Below, piece by piece: positions 1 to 8,292 of a stretch of DNA of 32,000 nt. Both the position numbers and the translations under genes were made by a program. This DNA comes from Trichodesmium erythraeum IMS101 (GTDB lineage Bacteria > Cyanobacteriota > Cyanobacteriia > Cyanobacteriales > Microcoleaceae), in NCBI RefSeq assembly GCF_000014265.1, contig NC_008312.1, positions 420,001 through 452,000 on the forward strand, given 5' to 3'. Within the stretch, counting starts at the first letter, position 1, and each line of letters begins with the position of its first letter. Below the pieces are notes generated by a model that saw only the letters and a list, made by a program, of their open reading frames with translations, was not told where the DNA came from and did not search any database.

Positions 1-950
1 TGTTTGAGCGCTTACATGAGTTTTATCTAGACTGGTGTGATGGGAAGTTTATTGAGGCGACGGAGGAAACTTTACCTCAGAAAAAGGCGAGGGAGTTGCA
101 GCAGTGGCGTATTAAGTCTGGGCAACGCCAAGTGGATATTTATACTGGGTTGAATGTGATTATTTTGTTGTTTGAGCTGGATCGTTATGGGCAGTCTCAG
201 GAGGAGTTGCGGGAGCAGTTGCGTTTTTATCCTTGCGGTCAACATGGTAGTGAAAATTTTGAGGCTCTAAAACTGTTAACAATTATTGGCTATAGTCAAT
301 GTTTAGGAGTTGGTGCGTTTTGGGAAACAGTAGGTCAGTTTCTAAGTGGTGCCGACCTCAGATATGCCGACCTCAGTGGTGCCTACCTCATAGTTGCCAA
401 CCTCAGATATGCCGACCTCAGTGGTGCCTACCTCATAAGTGCCGACCTCAGTGGTGCCTACCTCATAGGTGCCAACCTCATAGGTGCCGACCTCAGTCGT
501 GCCGACCTCAGATATGCCGACCTCAGTGGTGCTAACCTCAGTGATGCCAAACTCAGTGGTGCTAACCTCAGTGATGCCAAACTCAGTGGTGCCGGCCTCA
601 GTGGTGCCGACCTCAGATATGCCGACCTCAGTGGTGCTGACCTCAGTCGTGCCAAACTCAGTGATGCCGGCCTCAGTGGTGCCAACCTCAGTGTTGCCGG
701 CCTCAGTGGTGCCGACCTCAGATATGCCGACCTCAGTGGTGCCGACCTCAGATATGCCGACCTCAGTGGTGCTGACCTCAGTGATGCCAACCTTAGTAAT
801 GTCAGATGGAATAGTCAAACCAAGTGGTCAAATACTATTGGTTTACATGAAGCAATAGAAGTTCCAGAAGACTTACAACAAGATCCAGAATTTGCCGCAG
901 CAGTTGCTGAGTCGGAAGCAGCAAGTCAAGAACAACAGTACATTTTTTGA
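1..950 (+). CDS. Pentapeptide-repeat protein, 5'-partial (continues left of the window)
   Basis: Frame 3 is open from nt 3 to the TGA at 948-950, so the TTG at 96 in the ORF track is probably not the true start. About 30 consecutive A(D/N)LxX pentapeptide units ([20 protein letters not shown] ...) lie at roughly nt 343-800. A non-repetitive N-terminal part and an acidic C-terminal tail flank them. Confidence 0.85.
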   Translation, partial: FERLHEFYLDWCDGKFIEATEETLPQKKARELQQWRIKSGQRQVDIYTGLNVIILLFELDRYGQSQEELREQLRFYPCGQHGSENFEALKLLTIIGYSQCLGVGAFWETVGQFLSGADLRYADLSGAYLIVANLRYADLSGAYLISADLSGAYLIGANLIGADLSRADLRYADLSGANLSDAKLSGANLSDAKLSGAGLSGADLRYADLSGADLSRAKLSDAGLSGANLSVAGLSGADLRYADLSGADLRYADLSGADLSDANLSNVRWNSQTKWSNTIGLHEAIEVPEDLQQDPEFAAAVAESEAASQEQQYIF

Positions 951-1012
951 TAGTGAAAGACTCCTTCATTCATTCTGGATCTAAACTTGAAGTTTGAGAG
1001 ATAGTCAGTTTG

Positions 1013-1079
1013 TAGGTTGGTTTGACCCCAGGAAACCCAACTAAAATTTGGGGGTGTTGGGTTTCCCCAGCTCAACCTA
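1013..1079. repeat. Compound hairpin element with GTTGGGTT/AACCCAAC arms (MITE-like or small dispersed repeat)
   Basis: The inner perfect 11-bp stem pairs GGAAACCCAAC (1031-1041) with GTTGGGTTTCC (1056-1066) around a 14-nt loop. The outer 7-bp stem pairs TAGGTTG (1013-1019) with CAACCTA (1073-1079). The same GTTGGGTT core recurs in the adjacent tandem array and at 8239-8283. Confidence 0.5.
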
Positions 1080-1138
1080 GGGAACAGGAAAAAAAACTGG
1101 AAAATTCTGAGTGATAACAACATCCGATGAACAAAAAA

Positions 1139-2196
1139 CTGGTGTTGGGTTGTGCTGGGTTTCGCCGGCTTAAGCTTACCTACGGGAGTGGGAGCTTTCA
1201 GTAAAGAGCTGGGAAGTTATGAGCGATCGCTACTTGGGAAAATTTTACCCCCAAATATATCTGTTGGGTTGTGTTGGGTTGGGCGGGCTTAAGCTTACCT
1301 ACGGGAGGGGGAGCTTTCAGTAAAGAGCTGGGAAGTTATGAGCGATCGCTACTTGGGAAAATTTTACCCCCAAATATATCTGTTGGGTTGTGTTGGGTTG
1401 GGCGGGCTCAAGCTTACCTACGGGAGGGGGAGCTTTCAGTAAAGAGCTGGGAAGTTATGAGCGATCGCTACTTGGGAAAATTTTACCCCCAAATATATCT
1501 GTTGGCTTGTGTTGGGTTGGGCGGGCTTAAGCTTACCTACGGGAGGGGGAGCTTTCAGTAAAGAGTTGGGAAGTTATGAGCGATCGCTACTTGGGAAAAT
1601 TTTACCCCCAAATATATCTGTTGGGTTGTGTTGGGTTTCGCCGGCTTAAGCTTACCTACGGGAGGGGGAGCTTTCAGTAAAGAGCTGGGAAGTTATGAGC
1701 GATCGCTACTTGGGAAAATTTTACCCCCAAATATATCTGTTGGGTTGTGTTGGGTTTCGCCGGCTTAAGCTTACCTACGGGAGGGGGAGCTTTCAGTAAA
1801 AAGCTGGGAAGTTATGAGCGATCGCTACTTGGGAAAATTTTACCCCCAAATATATCTGTTGGGTTGTGTTGGGTTTCGCCGGCTTAAGCTTACCTACGGG
1901 AGGGGGAGCTTTCAGTAAAAAGCTGGGAAGTTATGAGCGATCGCTACTTGGGAAAATTTTACCCCCAAATATATCTGTTGGCTTGTGTTGGGTTGGGCGG
2001 GCTTAAGCTTACCTACGGGAGGGGGAGCTTTCAGTAAAGAGCTGGGAAGTTATGAGCGATCGCTACTTGGGAAAATTTTACCCCCAAATATATCTGTTGG
2101 GTTGTGTTGGGTTGGGCGGGCTTAAGCTTACCTACGGGAGGGGGAGCTTTCAGTAAAGAGCTGGGAAGTTATGAGCGATCGCTACTTGGGAAAATA
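1139..2196. repeat. Tandem array of 9 near-identical 119-bp units (non-coding minisatellite)
   Basis: Unit starts were read directly at 1139, 1261, 1380, 1499, 1618, 1737, 1856, 1975 and 2094. The first unit is 122 bp and the last is truncated near 2196. Each unit contains HIP1 inside the palindrome AGCGATCGCT. A 119-bp period is not a multiple of 3. Confidence 0.95.
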
Positions 2197-2370
2197 GCAC
2201 TAAAAAATATATCTATTGAGTTTCAGCAGCTAAAGCAAACCAACAGAAACTCAAGAAAACTGAAAACCATAAAAACCATAATTATTTCTTAAGAGCAATA
2301 AAAGAAAAAATAATAACCATAAAAATTGAGAGAACTATCAAAACTAAACTTAATATGAGATAGTTTAATT

Positions 2371-3588
2371 ATGAGTAAAAAAACAGTATCTCAAAACATA
2401 AAAAACTCCATCAAAATTTATCAAGATTCTAATTTTCAGATTATTATTGGAATCATTTCAATGGCAATTTTAGGTGGTCCTGGTATAAGCCCTCTTTTAC
2501 CTTCAATAGCTAAAAATTGGAACATTTCTCCCGAACATATTGGTTGGGTAATCTCAGCATTTTTTATTCCTATTACTATAGGTACTCCAATCTCTGGAAT
2601 ATTAGCAGATCGTTATGGCAGAAAACAAATTTTGATACCTGCCTTAATCTTATTTGCAATTAGTGGAACCCTTTGTTCATTAGCTCCCAATTTTCAGACC
2701 TTAATAGGGCTTCGTTTTGTACAAGGAATTGGCGCAGCACCACTAGAGTCATTAACTTTAACATTAATTAGTGACTTTTATAGCGGTAAGTTGCTAACAA
2801 CAGCCATGGCTTTTAAGACCATGAGTGTTGGTCTTAGTTTAGTGATTTATCCTTTAATTAGTAGTGGATTAACTACCTGGGGATGGCGGTATCCTTTCTT
2901 ATTATATTTAATAGCTATTCCCTTAAGTATTTGGATTTTATTTTCTTTAAAAAATCCAGCTATACCTAAGCAAAAATCATTTAACTTAAAAAAATATTTG
3001 AGAAATATTTGGCAAAGTTTTAATAATTATCAAGTTAGGAGTTTATTAATAGTAATTATTGTAAACTTTATATTTTCATTGGGTCCTTGCTTAACTTATA
3101 TACCTCTATTTGCCGATCGCCAGTTAGGAGCTTCTTATATTGTCATCGGAATTATTTTAGCCAGCAGAGGTATTTTTTTAGCATTTGCTTCATCTCAATT
3201 AGGGATATTTGCCAAGTACCTATCTGAACTGACCCTGATAAAAATTTCATTTATTATTTATTGTATTGCTTTTATAATGATTCCCACAATAAATAATATT
3301 TGGCTGTTATTTATTCCTGGCATTTTATTAGGTTTAGCTCATGGTATGTTAGTTCCCTCAACCCAATCTTTATTAGGGCAATTATCTCCCGAAAATTATC
3401 GAGCAGGTTTTATGGCAGTTACTTCATCAGCTTTATCTTTCGGGCGAACTTTAGGTCCAATTCTAGCAGGAAGTATGTTTTATATTGGGGGAATGGCAGG
3501 AGTATTTTATAGCAGTTCAATTGTGAGTTTAGTTATTTTTGTTTTTATCAGTTATCTAGTTATAAATACCCAATCCATAAAAAGTTAA
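2371..3588 (+). CDS. MFS transporter
   Basis: This 405-aa protein is highly hydrophobic with about 12 predicted helices. MFS motif A between TM2 and TM3 reads GILADRYGRKQ (G-x3-D-R-x-G-R-K). Confidence 0.85.
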   Translation: MSKKTVSQNIKNSIKIYQDSNFQIIIGIISMAILGGPGISPLLPSIAKNWNISPEHIGWVISAFFIPITIGTPISGILADRYGRKQILIPALILFAISGTLCSLAPNFQTLIGLRFVQGIGAAPLESLTLTLISDFYSGKLLTTAMAFKTMSVGLSLVIYPLISSGLTTWGWRYPFLLYLIAIPLSIWILFSLKNPAIPKQKSFNLKKYLRNIWQSFNNYQVRSLLIVIIVNFIFSLGPCLTYIPLFADRQLGASYIVIGIILASRGIFLAFASSQLGIFAKYLSELTLIKISFIIYCIAFIMIPTINNIWLLFIPGILLGLAHGMLVPSTQSLLGQLSPENYRAGFMAVTSSALSFGRTLGPILAGSMFYIGGMAGVFYSSSIVSLVIFVFISYLVINTQSIKS

Positions 3589-3918
3589 AAGCAGTCAAAA
3601 CAGAGCAGCTAAAAAATATTTAGGTAAGACTTATCTATAACTAAAATATATAGTACAATAATGCCAAAATAACACTAAAGCTGTTATAATATAAAGCCAT
3701 AAAATGAGCTTTTAAAGTTACAAAAATTTGCCAAAAATTCTGAAATTAATCCTACTTATATATAATATATTTTAACAGTAATTCACCTCAATAAATAATG
3801 TATAAATTTATTTTTTATGTAAGTTATGATATAGTTTAAATGCTAAACAGCTAAGTTGAGGATTAAGATTATTATCTAAAACTGAAGATGTCAACAAATT
3901 CACTTATCCTGATACACT

Positions 3919-4896
3919 ATGTCTATCAATTTATCTCAAACTTCTGAACCAAAAATGAACTGTATACCCCGTTCATTTGATGTAAATGCAATAGAAAATT
4001 TTTATACTACCACTTTTATTACGAAGAGTGGAATAGAAAATGTATTTAATCATTTTGTACCTAGGGATAGTGATATTTATGTAACAACCTATCCAAAGTC
4101 TGGTACAACTTGGACTATGTCAATACTTGAACATTTAGTAAAAAAAGTTAGTGAAAAAGGTATTTCACTAGGTTTTAGTACAGAACATTTTTGTCCTTGG
4201 TTAGATAGGGCTGCAAGTACAGAAAACTGGCGTTTAATATTTTCAAAATTTGAAAAAGCTACATCTCCACGATTTTTTAAATCCCACGCTAGTGTAGGTT
4301 TAATCAAACAACCAGCAAGAATAATTCAATGTTTAAGACATCCTCTAGATACATTTGTTTCTGCATGGCATCATGTTAGGGGAAAAGAAGAAGTTTTTAA
4401 CTATAACGGATCTTGGCATCATTTCTTTTCCAAAATAGCACTAAAAGGAAAATTTGAGAGCAGTGACTGGTTTGACTATCATGAAGAATTTCTGAAAGCT
4501 TCTGAAGAAGGAAAAATTGAGGTATTATTTTTAAGGTATGAAGAAATGAAAAAAGATAATGCTATTTCAGCTATACATAAACTTGCTGAATTTATTGGGG
4601 TTGAATCATATGATGCTGAAGAAATATCAAGAGCCACAAATTTTACAAAGATGAAAGAAAAATCCAATCAGGGACATATAGAGCCAGATGGAAGCTTATC
4701 TGATATGTTGGTTTCTCAAGAAGTTGGTGATAAAAATACCCCATCTAAAGCCCATATACGCAAAGGAATTGTAGGAGATTGGAAAAATTACTTGAGCGAT
4801 AGTGAACTCAACTTGTGGCAGAATTATGTACATATCAAAAAAGAAACCTGTCCCCGTGTGATAGATTTCTTTTCATTAGAGGGTTTACTTTGTTAA
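3919..4896 (+). CDS. PAPS-dependent sulfotransferase, cytosolic SULT (Sulfotransfer_1) type
   Basis: Four SULT hallmarks are present: the 5'-PSB loop TYPKSGTTW (nt 4090-4113), the catalytic-His context FFKSHAS, the 3'-PB motif RHPLDTFVSAWHH, and the C-terminal RKGIVGDWKNY. An alternative start at the second Met (MNCIPR, nt 3955) is possible. Confidence 0.85.
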   Translation: MSINLSQTSEPKMNCIPRSFDVNAIENFYTTTFITKSGIENVFNHFVPRDSDIYVTTYPKSGTTWTMSILEHLVKKVSEKGISLGFSTEHFCPWLDRAASTENWRLIFSKFEKATSPRFFKSHASVGLIKQPARIIQCLRHPLDTFVSAWHHVRGKEEVFNYNGSWHHFFSKIALKGKFESSDWFDYHEEFLKASEEGKIEVLFLRYEEMKKDNAISAIHKLAEFIGVESYDAEEISRATNFTKMKEKSNQGHIEPDGSLSDMLVSQEVGDKNTPSKAHIRKGIVGDWKNYLSDSELNLWQNYVHIKKETCPRVIDFFSLEGLLC

Positions 4897-5096
4897 TTTT
4901 CTAGAATTTTTGCTGCTAGCAATTATTTAATAAGGGAATTTAATTAGGGAATAGGGAATAAGTAATTGAGTAGAATAATTAGTTGCTTACTTACTATTTA
5001 CTTTTCTCTGCAATGAGAGCTTACCCATGTGTAGTAGCAATTTTCGATTCGCCCTTACAAGATATGAAGCTTGGTGCGTAAGTCCTATCAAATAAT

Positions 5097-5135
5097 AGAA
5101 AATAAAAAACCCACGCTAAAACTTGCTAACGTGGG
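5097..5135 (-). terminator. Candidate intrinsic terminator downstream of the GMC oxidoreductase gene
   Basis: On the minus strand the stem CCCACG/CGTGGG (5110-5115 / 5130-5135) is followed by TTTTTTATTTT. The 14-nt loop is large, so confidence is moderate. Confidence 0.55.
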
Positions 5136-5177
5136 AAAATATTATACACTCTCAAACTGATATAATTTTTACTGTTA

Positions 5178-6698
5178 CTATAGACGCTCCTTTAAATGTT
5201 CCCCTACTCGTAAAGCATTAGCAATAATTGTTAAAGCAGGAGTTATAGCAGAACTTGATGGGAAAAAACTGCTATCTACAACATATAAATTATCTACATC
5301 GTGGGTACGACAGTTAATATCTAAAACTGATGTAGCTGGATCTTCCCCAAACTTACAAGTACCGCACTGGTTGGCAACTACTTCGATAGGAGCTTCTCCA
5401 CGAGGGTAAACATTACCTCCTGATCTTGCAAAGAAAGAATTTCCAACCGCTTTGTCTACTGACTTTAATACCTCTATCCAACGATGAACTAGGCGATCGT
5501 GTGCTTCCAAGTTATTGGGAGTGTAATGGAAGAAAAGTTTGTCTCCCTTAACTTCAATGCGGTTATTAGGATCTGGTAATACCTCCGAATATGTCCACCA
5601 ACCAACAGAACGTAATGCTAACCGCTTCAAACCCACCTCAGGCATTGCTTTTGCTAAAATAGACAAGATAGGTGGAGATTCAGCAAAAGTAATATCTTGA
5701 AGTAACCCACCTGTATTCTGAATGTGACCCATGGGATAAGAATAATTTTCATCTCCCCAATAAAAGTCATTTACACAAACGCTTCTGAGAAAGTTGCCAG
5801 AATTAGGTTTTGGACTAGGTTGCACTACAGCAGTCATTTGATGTTTCATCAGGTTGCGCCCAACTTGTCCAGAACTGTTTGCTAAACCATGAGGATGTTT
5901 TTCGTTAGCAGAACGTAATAACAATGCTGCTGAATTTACAGCTCCACAAGCAACTACAACAATATCCCCAAAAAATAGAAATGATCGTTCGTCAATTTCA
6001 ACTTCTACTGCTTTGACAGTATTACCAGAAGAGTTGGTAAGTAAACAGACTACTTTAGCATTAGTTTTAATAGTAATGTTAGGAGAATTGAGCAGTGGTG
6101 CAATACCAAATACTTCTGAGTCTCCTGTGGGGTCTTCCTGTTCCCGAGTCAGAGTTAATGGTATGTTTTCTGGATGTAGACCTTGGCCGGCGATAGCGTT
6201 GACAACTGTTTGAATTTGTGGGTCGTGGTCAACTGCGGGATAAGGATATTCTTGACTATGATGAGGTTCATTAGAATTATTGCTTGAGTGACCATGAACT
6301 TTATAGAGTTGTTCTGCTTCAGTGTAATAAGGTTCAAAGTCCTTGTATTTGAGACACCACTCTGGAGAAATTCCTTCTTGATGTTCCACTGCCTCAAAGT
6401 CTTTTTCCCGCATCCGAATTAGGGCTGCTCCATAAATTTTTGTATTACCACCAACAGCATAATTTGTCTGAGGAGAAAATGCTTCCCCTGCATCATTATA
6501 CCAATTTTCATGGGCACGGTAAAGTTCTTTCTTAAAGATATCAACATTAACTCGATTTTGGATTTCTAGAGGCATAAAATCACCTCTTTCCAGAATCAGA
6601 ATTTTTTTGCCAGTGGCAGCAAGTTTATATGCTAAAGTACCACCGCCTGCTCCTGTACCGACAATAATTACATCATAATGTTGGTCGTCAATAATCAT
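5178..6698 (-). CDS. GMC-family FAD-dependent oxidoreductase
   Basis: The N-terminal Rossmann motif is DVIIVGTGAGGGTLAYKLA. The GMC C-terminal region reads GTCKFG...DNLYVVDSSFFPSS. I prefer the ATG at 6698 (MIIDDQHYDVIIVG), which follows AGGAAGAG, over the TTG at 6782 given in the ORF track. Confidence 0.85.
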   Translation of the reverse strand: MIIDDQHYDVIIVGTGAGGGTLAYKLAATGKKILILERGDFMPLEIQNRVNVDIFKKELYRAHENWYNDAGEAFSPQTNYAVGGNTKIYGAALIRMREKDFEAVEHQEGISPEWCLKYKDFEPYYTEAEQLYKVHGHSSNNSNEPHHSQEYPYPAVDHDPQIQTVVNAIAGQGLHPENIPLTLTREQEDPTGDSEVFGIAPLLNSPNITIKTNAKVVCLLTNSSGNTVKAVEVEIDERSFLFFGDIVVVACGAVNSAALLLRSANEKHPHGLANSSGQVGRNLMKHQMTAVVQPSPKPNSGNFLRSVCVNDFYWGDENYSYPMGHIQNTGGLLQDITFAESPPILSILAKAMPEVGLKRLALRSVGWWTYSEVLPDPNNRIEVKGDKLFFHYTPNNLEAHDRLVHRWIEVLKSVDKAVGNSFFARSGGNVYPRGEAPIEVVANQCGTCKFGEDPATSVLDINCRTHDVDNLYVVDSSFFPSSSAITPALTIIANALRVGEHLKERL

Positions 6699-7105
6699 TT
6701 TTCTCTTCCTGTAGTAATTTTTTTGAGGTGTATTGAAGAAGGAGTTATACCAATTATTAAAAGCAATGCTATACTTAAGCAAGAGTTCAACTATTAAGTT
6801 ATGAACATCTACTCAATAAATGTTTTGATAATAAAGATCCAGTAGAGTGTTAATTATTTTTCTGACAGTACGGATCTTGTATAGAAATTCCCTACCTACT
6901 CTCAATAAAATGTTGAAATGTTTTTGAGAAAAAGTATTCTAACATTTCATAGAAGTCAACAGAAGTCCTTCCCTCCTCAACCAGGAAAGTCATCCATTAA
7001 GATTTTATAGGGTCAAAACTTGGAAGCCACAAAATTTGAAACTATTTGTAACCTTCTTTTTTCTAATTGGTATTAGGAGCCATGAAAATTCAATTTTTAA
7101 GTAGT

Positions 7106-7128
7106 GGGAGCGTCTTGCTCCCGTTTTT
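7106..7128 (+). terminator. Terminator-shaped hairpin with no obvious plus-strand gene upstream
   Basis: GGGAGC (7106-7111), loop GTCTT, GCTCCC (7117-7122), then GTTTTT. It lies in the spacer between the GMC gene start and the ctaE stop. On the minus strand no U-tract follows it. Confidence 0.35.
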
Positions 7129-7228
7129 GAGTTGCATTTTTAATTAGTTCTACTGTTGCAAACATCAAATTCCCGCAGTTGAATGCCTTTTCATCGGGGG
7201 TGAGTGAGACGCCCACACTATTAACATT

Positions 7229-7843
7229 TCACTGCCAAATATAGATAAGAATAAATAAAATAATCCAAATTACGTCAACAAAATGCCAAAATAAAGAAGT
7301 AGCATTAATGCCAAAGTGACTATTATCATAGTTGCCAGGAATAAAAGAACGACGTAACATAATTCCTTGTAACAAAATGCCTGTGATCACGTGCAGGCCG
7401 TGAAAACCAGTCAACAAATAGAAAGTGCCACCGAAGACCCCTGTAGTAAAGCCAAACTCTAAAGCACTCCATTCAATTCCTTGACCCACCACAAAGTAGG
7501 TTCCCATTGCCATGGTTGCCACCAAAAATATGCGAAACCAAGTTAAGTTATCCTTTTCTAGAGCTTTTTCCGCAAAGTAAATAACAAAACTACTGGAAAC
7601 CAAAATCACTGTATTAATTGCAGGTTCTCTCACTTCCAGACCAGAAATACCGGGCGGTAACCAGTCAGGCATTGTGGTTTTGTAGATAATATATCCGACA
7701 AAGAAACTCAGGAAAATCACGCTTTCCGAAAGTAGGAAAACGATAAACCCAAACATACTATTGGCTTCTTCGTCGTGATGATGTTCTGCAACTCCTGAGT
7801 GCAAAGATCCATGCACTTTTTCTGAAGTTACTGCACTATTCAT
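7229..7843 (-). CDS. ctaE: Haem-copper oxidase subunit III
   Basis: This 204-aa polytopic protein has the typical subunit III motifs GFHGLHVITG and FWHFVDVIW. A GGAGA ribosome-binding site precedes the ATG. Confidence 0.9.
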   Translation of the reverse strand: MNSAVTSEKVHGSLHSGVAEHHHDEEANSMFGFIVFLLSESVIFLSFFVGYIIYKTTMPDWLPPGISGLEVREPAINTVILVSSSFVIYFAEKALEKDNLTWFRIFLVATMAMGTYFVVGQGIEWSALEFGFTTGVFGGTFYLLTGFHGLHVITGILLQGIMLRRSFIPGNYDNSHFGINATSLFWHFVDVIWIILFILIYIWQ

Positions 7844-8238
7844 ATGATAATTCTCCTTTAATTTACTGGTTTTATCCTCATATCCTGCTTCATCAAACTG
7901 ATAAACGTCACTAGTTATGACATTTCAATGCTTATTATTGCTAGGCTCGTTCACTGTCAGTCGTATTACTTCCACAGGCAAAACGCGCTCAAACAAATTC
8001 CATTTATATCTCTTTATACTTGATACTTGCATTTAAGTCTCGGTCTACAGAGAAACCAAACTTCATGCCAGTCAAAAATCAAAAGTTTTAATGGTATAGC
8101 TTTTCAGATAGATGAACCACATCGCCGCAAGCAAAACCATTGATAGGCAACCAGTACATTCTTACTGTGACTAAATTTGAGAGGAGCAAGAATTTCCTAA
8201 CTGCCCTGAGAAATGCTATATTACAGATAGATATTTTT

Positions 8239-8283
8239 GTTGGGTTGCGCTGTCGCTTTTAATATTGCGTAGCAAAACCCAAC
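8239..8283. repeat. Hairpin with GTTGGGTT/AACCCAAC arms just downstream of ctaD
   Basis: GTTGGGTT (8239-8246) pairs with AACCCAAC (8276-8283), and the interior is imperfectly paired. It has the same arm sequence as the element at 1031-1066. No U-tract follows on the minus strand, so it is not a classical terminator. Confidence 0.4.
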
Positions 8284-8292
8284 CCAGGACTG

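Noticed and set aside
343-800. Diversity-generating retroelement target or phase-variable surface gene
   Set aside because: The window contains no reverse transcriptase and no template repeat. Variation between units is not adenine-specific. Recombination among repeats explains the pattern.
299-858. Overlapping ORFs in other frames and on the opposite strand of the pentapeptide region (299..535, 342..818, 458..790, 484..858)
   Set aside because: They arise because the 15-nt DNA repeat lacks stop codons in five frames. Their products are low-complexity echoes of the repeat. Only frame 3 on the plus strand gives a recognisable pentapeptide-repeat protein continuous with unique flanks.
926-1123. 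Minus-strand ORF of 65 aa across the hairpin element
   Set aside because: It overlaps the 3' end of the pentapeptide gene and the palindromic element, and it has no ribosome-binding site or recognisable product.
1139-2292. CRISPR array, or protein-coding repeats (ORFs 1271..1561 and 2104..2292), as an explanation of the 119-bp array
   Set aside because: The units abut directly with no unique spacers, and no cas genes are present. A 119-bp period shifts the reading frame every unit, so the ORFs read the same DNA in different frames.
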